This document shows, piece after piece, positions 59,804 through 64,000 of a DNA stretch of 64,000 bases. Source of the DNA: Candidatus Latescibacterota bacterium. GTDB lineage: Bacteria; Latescibacterota; UBA2968. Numbering within the stretch: the first letter of the stretch is position 1; every line of letters starts with the position of its first letter. Under the pieces are notes generated by a model. It saw only the letters and a program-made list of their open reading frames with translations, made no database searches and was not told the DNA's origin. The position numbers and the translations under genes were made by a program. The DNA lies in assembly GCA_965205975.1 (NCBI GenBank), contig OZ242195.1, forward strand, positions 2,560,001 to 2,624,000. Direction: 5' to 3'.

Positions 59804-61344
59804 ACGCGGCGCAGCACCTGACCGGGCAACGCACCTGTGGGTTCCCCATTGGCAATGACGGATTGACCATTGACAAAAACGTGCGAAATACCGACTGGCG
59901 GCAGCGTGGGATTTTCAAAAGTAGATCTCGCAGCCACCGTATCGGGATCAAAAACAACGAGATCAGCGGCCTTGCCCACAGCGAGTTCGCCCCGGTCGGG
60001 AATATTGAAACGCCGCGCGGGAAAACCGCTCATCTTGTAGATCGCCTCCTCAAAGGTCAGCACCTCGCGCTCGCGCACAAAATGACCCAGCACGCGCGCA
60101 AAACACCCAAAACCTCGCGGATGCGGATGCGGAATATTAAAAATACCGTCGCTGGCAATCATCATACGCGGATGAGTGGCTGTACGCGTCACGGTCTGCG
60201 CGGCTACTTCGGGATCAACCTGCCACGGAAAAATAACAGCATGGGATTCGCGCTCCTGAAAAATCAGATCGTAGGCAAAATCTTCGATAGATATATTTGC
60301 CCGAGCCGCGAGATCGCTCAGGCGTTCTCCCGTGTACCTGCCCGAGCCAGTATAACCAACAATCTGATCGCCGCGCCCGAGCCATGTTTTGAGTTCGGCG
60401 ACGGACTCAGCGCGAATTTCTGGGTCTTCAAGGCACGCATTGACCTCATCCGGGCTACCGACCTGGAACTTCATAGGCAACATCATATACAAATGCGTCA
60501 TCCCGGCCGGATAGAGATAAGATTCAAAAGTCAGATCGATATTTTCGCGCTCAATTCTATCCAGCAAATCGGCATTCTCGTCGTTGACCCGCTCGTGCGA
60601 GATATGAACCGGGATATTTGCAGCGCGGGAAAGCGCGATAGTCTCTTCCCATGCAGCAACGCGCCCAATCGTGTGATAGCGCACATGAGCCGCGTAAATA
60701 CCTCCGTATTCTGCCGTAACTTTGCAAAGCGCAACAAGCTCCCGAAAATCCGCATTGGCACTCGGCTGATAATCGAGACCCAAATTGAGCGCACCTGCCC
60801 CCGCTTCCATCCATTGGCGCGTGAGATCCGCCATCTGTGCAATCTCATCATCTGTTGCCGGTCGCGCATCCCACCCACATGCAGACAGGCGAACCGCGCA
60901 ATGCGGAACTTGTGGATACACATTTGCCGCGCTGTTATTCGAAAAAAGACTCAAATAATCCTCAGGCGTTTGCCAGCCAATCGGGATATCGACCTCGCCA
61001 ACGGAAAAGCGCGTATAGGTCCACAATTCGCGCGTGCGCTCGGGCGACAGCCCCGTCCACCCAAACCCATCGGGCGTCAAAAGCTGCGTCGTAATACCCT
61101 GCTGCACTTCCGCATAGCGATGAACACCCGTGAGAAGGGCAATCTCCGAATGAACATGCACATCGATAAAACCGGGACAGACGATATGTCCCGTCGCATC
61201 GATAACCGTATCGGCCTCTGCTTGAGACAAATCTCCAATGGCCTCAATGCGATCCCCGCAAATGCCGACATCTGCCTGAAAACCGGGCGTTCGCCCTGTG
61301 CCGTCAATTACTGTGCTATTGCGAATAATGAGATCGAAAGTCAC
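59800..61344 (-). CDS. N-acyl-D-amino-acid deacylase family amidohydrolase
   Basis: PGFIDVHVH, QGITT, AHVR, VHISH, SDG...HPHPRGFG.F.R.LG, ADLVVFDP. Confidence 0.88.
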   Translation of the reverse strand: MTFDLIIRNSTVIDGTGRTPGFQADVGICGDRIEAIGDLSQAEADTVIDATGHIVCPGFIDVHVHSEIALLTGVHRYAEVQQGITTQLLTPDGFGWTGLSPERTRELWTYTRFSVGEVDIPIGWQTPEDYLSLFSNNSAANVYPQVPHCAVRLSACGWDARPATDDEIAQMADLTRQWMEAGAGALNLGLDYQPSANADFRELVALCKVTAEYGGIYAAHVRYHTIGRVAAWEETIALSRAANIPVHISHERVNDENADLLDRIERENIDLTFESYLYPAGMTHLYMMLPMKFQVGSPDEVNACLEDPEIRAESVAELKTWLGRGDQIVGYTGSGRYTGERLSDLAARANISIEDFAYDLIFQERESHAVIFPWQVDPEVAAQTVTRTATHPRMMIASDGIFNIPHPHPRGFGCFARVLGHFVREREVLTFEEAIYKMSGFPARRFNIPDRGELAVGKAADLVVFDPDTVAARSTFENPTLPPVGISHVFVNGQSVIANGEPTGALPGQVLRRV

Positions 61345-61347
61345 TTT

Positions 61348-63276
61348 TTACCACCTGTTGAGTTTGTGCCCATTGCCCGGGAAAAAAAGCGCATCTACAA
61401 CAACACCCAATGCAATACCGGCAATTTGACCAGCCAGCATACCCAGAAACAAAGGCGCGATTTTGCGATAGTGTTCAAGACCGCCAAATTTGAGGATGAG
61501 CGTTTTGATCGCCCAGCTAAAAAAAATAGAAAATAAGCTACTCCGCAAGACGCCCGACGATGAAATCGTAAACCCAATCGGATGAAGCGGAAAGTGGGGA
61601 AAACGATAGCGAATATAGAGCAAAATACCTGTAAAAGCAGCACCAATACCCAAAAAACGCACGCGATTCCAGTCCGTACTCATCGTCCCGGCGTGTACGC
61701 GGTTGGCGGTATAAGTCCACGAACCCACGGCACCGTCACCAGACCCATTAAAACTAACCACCCCAAAATTATAGCTACCAATACCGTAATAACCCTGATA
61801 CAGGGTAAAAGCAATAACAGTGGTCGCGCCGATCAAGGCACCAGCGGCAATCGCGGGAACAAAAGCGCGGCGGCGCTCGGTGGGCACACCCGCGGCCAGA
61901 CGCGGGACATGTGCAAGCGTTGTAATCGCAAATGTCTTGGCATCGCAAAAAAATGTATAAGTCAGCCCCAGTGCAACCGCACTCGGTGCCCCCATACCCG
62001 CAATACCCAGTACGTGCCAGGTAAATGCCTGAGCAGTAATAGGACCGCGCAAAAAAACCAGACCGCTTTCGGCAATAATATGCGAAAGGCCGAGATAGAG
62101 AATCAGCGTAGCACCCCAAAAGGTGAGTAAAGTAACGGCATTCATACCCGATTGCACGAGAAAAAAGATCGTGTACACACTGCACAAGAGCAAAATAATA
62201 AATGCCGTACGATAGGACAAAAGTTCTCCCGCATCATCTATCTGCGCGTTGCGAGACCACACCTTGTGCCAAACATCGCGCAAATGTGCGCGCGCCATCC
62301 ACAGCCCCCACAGAACGAGAATAATAAACCCCCCAAAACTCTGCCACCCAATAGCAGGTGCCATAGAACACCACATATCGGAACCGCCAAAATCCAACCC
62401 AAAACGATTGAAAATACCAACCTGAAGAATGGCGAGCAGGTGAAAAAACCAGATGCTGTACAACACATCTGATTTCGTGAAATAGGCAAATGCAATCGTC
62501 ATCGGCTGAAACAGAAACCACAGTGGAGGAAAACCCCGACCAATAGGGATATTGATCTGCCTCATAACATCCAGACGGGGCAAAGCCGTAATGAACCATG
62601 AGGCGACATTCCAGCAAAAAACGCCAAAAATGAGTGCAAATCCAATCTGAAAAAAGCGCGAGCGAATAAGATTGGCAAACGCATCTTTCGAATCACCCGT
62701 ACCCGTCAGTTCGAGAAGTGCCGTAGCAATGGGAAAAGAGAGCCGTTCGTGCTCCATCCACTGTTTGCGTAAAAGAATAACCACACAGAAATTGGCGAGA
62801 AATACAGCACCCAAAAAAAGGATCCAGCCGGGAAAAAGCGCGATCCACGCATCCCAGGGAAAAGGGGTACCGGGCGGTAGCCCTTCGTAAAACCCCGTAG
62901 CCGCAGCGCGGTCTGTCAGCACATTCCAATCGGTAAAATGTGGCCACAGCCTTTCATCCCACATATTCTGCGTTGAAGCAAAATAAATAGGCGCAGTAAC
63001 AACACCGAGAAAATAACCCGAAAGCCACTCGCCTTGCATATTGGCAGCCACCATGCCAATGCTACATATCGCGATAAGTTCAAAGGATGAGAGGCCCTTA
63101 AATCTATGCGAAAAGACGTAATTGAAAGCGAGCAAGGCCAAAAAGGGAATGAGAAAAGCCACAGACAAATGGGCAAAATCCGCGCGAGAAGAACGCAGAA
63201 TCAGGCTGCTATACGCAGGCCAAAAATTCACCCAAACAGATAGACAAAGGCCAATGATGATCGCGCGAATGGTCAT
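61348..63276 (-). CDS. Large polytopic membrane protein, DUF6785/DUF6784-like (paralog of 53153-55099)
   Basis: MTIRAIIIG, LRKQWMEHERLSFPIA, LLSYRTA, AESG, FPLHPIGF, FPGNGH; start placed at MTIRA. Confidence 0.8.
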   Translation of the reverse strand: MTIRAIIIGLCLSVWVNFWPAYSSLILRSSRADFAHLSVAFLIPFLALLAFNYVFSHRFKGLSSFELIAICSIGMVAANMQGEWLSGYFLGVVTAPIYFASTQNMWDERLWPHFTDWNVLTDRAAATGFYEGLPPGTPFPWDAWIALFPGWILFLGAVFLANFCVVILLRKQWMEHERLSFPIATALLELTGTGDSKDAFANLIRSRFFQIGFALIFGVFCWNVASWFITALPRLDVMRQINIPIGRGFPPLWFLFQPMTIAFAYFTKSDVLYSIWFFHLLAILQVGIFNRFGLDFGGSDMWCSMAPAIGWQSFGGFIILVLWGLWMARAHLRDVWHKVWSRNAQIDDAGELLSYRTAFIILLLCSVYTIFFLVQSGMNAVTLLTFWGATLILYLGLSHIIAESGLVFLRGPITAQAFTWHVLGIAGMGAPSAVALGLTYTFFCDAKTFAITTLAHVPRLAAGVPTERRRAFVPAIAAGALIGATTVIAFTLYQGYYGIGSYNFGVVSFNGSGDGAVGSWTYTANRVHAGTMSTDWNRVRFLGIGAAFTGILLYIRYRFPHFPLHPIGFTISSSGVLRSSLFSIFFSWAIKTLILKFGGLEHYRKIAPLFLGMLAGQIAGIALGVVVDALFFPGNGHKLNRW

Positions 63277-63422
63277 AGGACACCGAAATATGGAAAATAA
63301 ACAAAAAACCGGGCGTCCATAATAACACCGAGAACCGTCTCGGTCAAGCTGCGTACTATTATTATTCCCATTCCGACACCTTGACATGAGAGAAATGGCG
63401 ACTTATCATGAGCGTTCAAAAC

Positions 63423-63603
63423 GCGAATAGACGAATAGACGAATAGACGAATAGACGAACCCCACCCTACCACCCAACGGGCGGGCACAGGGGCACCGCC
63501 CCTACATTGATGAACTGTCCCGAACCAGTTGTACCCCGCTCCGTTGATTCGCTGATGAACTGGCCTGAGAGGCGGCCAGTTGTACCCCGTTCCGCTGATT
63601 CAT
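63423..63603. repeat. Mosaic repeat cluster: (CGAATAGA)x4, a GTAG REP (63481-63505), two mini-element copies inside TGATTCGC repeats
   Basis: Each component matches copies elsewhere in the window. Confidence 0.8.
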
Positions 63604-63619
63604 TCAGCCGAGGCTTATT

Positions 63620-64000
63620 ATGCACCAGACTTTCTCAGGCATCCTGGAAGAAATGACCATAGACGACGTGCGATCACTCGCGCCCAATGTAGCGGTCATC
63701 CCCATAGGCTCCACCGAACCGCACGGACCTGCATTGCCCTATGGAACGGACAACTTTCAGGTCGAATACGTCGCTTACGGCGGCACGCGCAAAGCCAATG
63801 AAATGGGCGGGCGCGTCGTGTGTTTACCCACGCAGCGGGTGAGCTTAAACAACAACTTCCGCGCTTTCCCATTCGCCTGCCGCATGCAAGTCCCCACATT
63901 TATGAACCTGTTGAAAGACCTGGTCGCAATGTGCCGCGCGGAAAATGTACACCGCATTGTATTCATCAATGGTCACGGCGGCAATCCCGACGCCATCCGC
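63620..64000 (+). CDS. Creatininase/creatinine amidohydrolase family protein (runs off the window end)
   Basis: MHQTFSGILEEMT..DV, IPIGSTEPHGPALPYGTD, INGHGGN; open to the window end, so absent from the ORF track. Confidence 0.9.
   Translation, partial: MHQTFSGILEEMTIDDVRSLAPNVAVIPIGSTEPHGPALPYGTDNFQVEYVAYGGTRKANEMGGRVVCLPTQRVSLNNNFRAFPFACRMQVPTFMNLLKDLVAMCRAENVHRIVFINGHGGNPDAIR

Noticed and set aside
59863..61536. 557-aa plus-strand ORF (likewise 55379-56509, 28895-29917, 57123-57935)
   Set aside because: Antisense to well-supported genes, no recognisable motifs, explained by codon bias.

Overview
Bacterial chromosomal window of about 50% GC with about 60 genes and no rRNA, tRNA or CRISPR array. 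1-10 kb is a housekeeping run (rny 3' part, ymdB, xseAB, nadK, recN, futalosine-pathway mqnE-mqnC-mqnA). The rest is accessory catabolism: seven cytoplasmic Cys-type sulfatases, four PhyH-type Fe/2OG dioxygenases, an aryl-sulfotransferase-like protein, two large DUF6785-like membrane proteins, nagB, leuB and pgl. Defence and selfish modules are interspersed: two Rpn nucleases, an HsdR_N-type nuclease, an AAA+nuclease, a SLATT-like gene, several type II TA loci and one IS1182-family element. The content resembles Latescibacterota/Poribacteria-like marine or sponge bacteria (inference only). Signals missing from the ORF track: (1) a module at 10.0-11.0 kb in which a 20-aa leader peptide and mutually exclusive RNA helices control the RBS of a sigma70-region-4 protein, paired with a second micro-ORF/structured RNA that shares a 22-bp upstream motif; (2) an ArsC-family selenoprotein with UGA at the catalytic position 12 and a SECIS-like hairpin; (3) two Rpn genes, each with a sigma54-type promoter and an internal AGGAGG-ATG start for a small C-terminal product; (4) a MOSC/alkyltransferase-like fusion; (5) a PhyH protein with HxG in place of HxD; (6) a ~36-bp mini-element nested inside other repeats. 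Three -1 homopolymer frameshifts may be sequencing errors. All family assignments are from motif recognition by eye; no database was searched.
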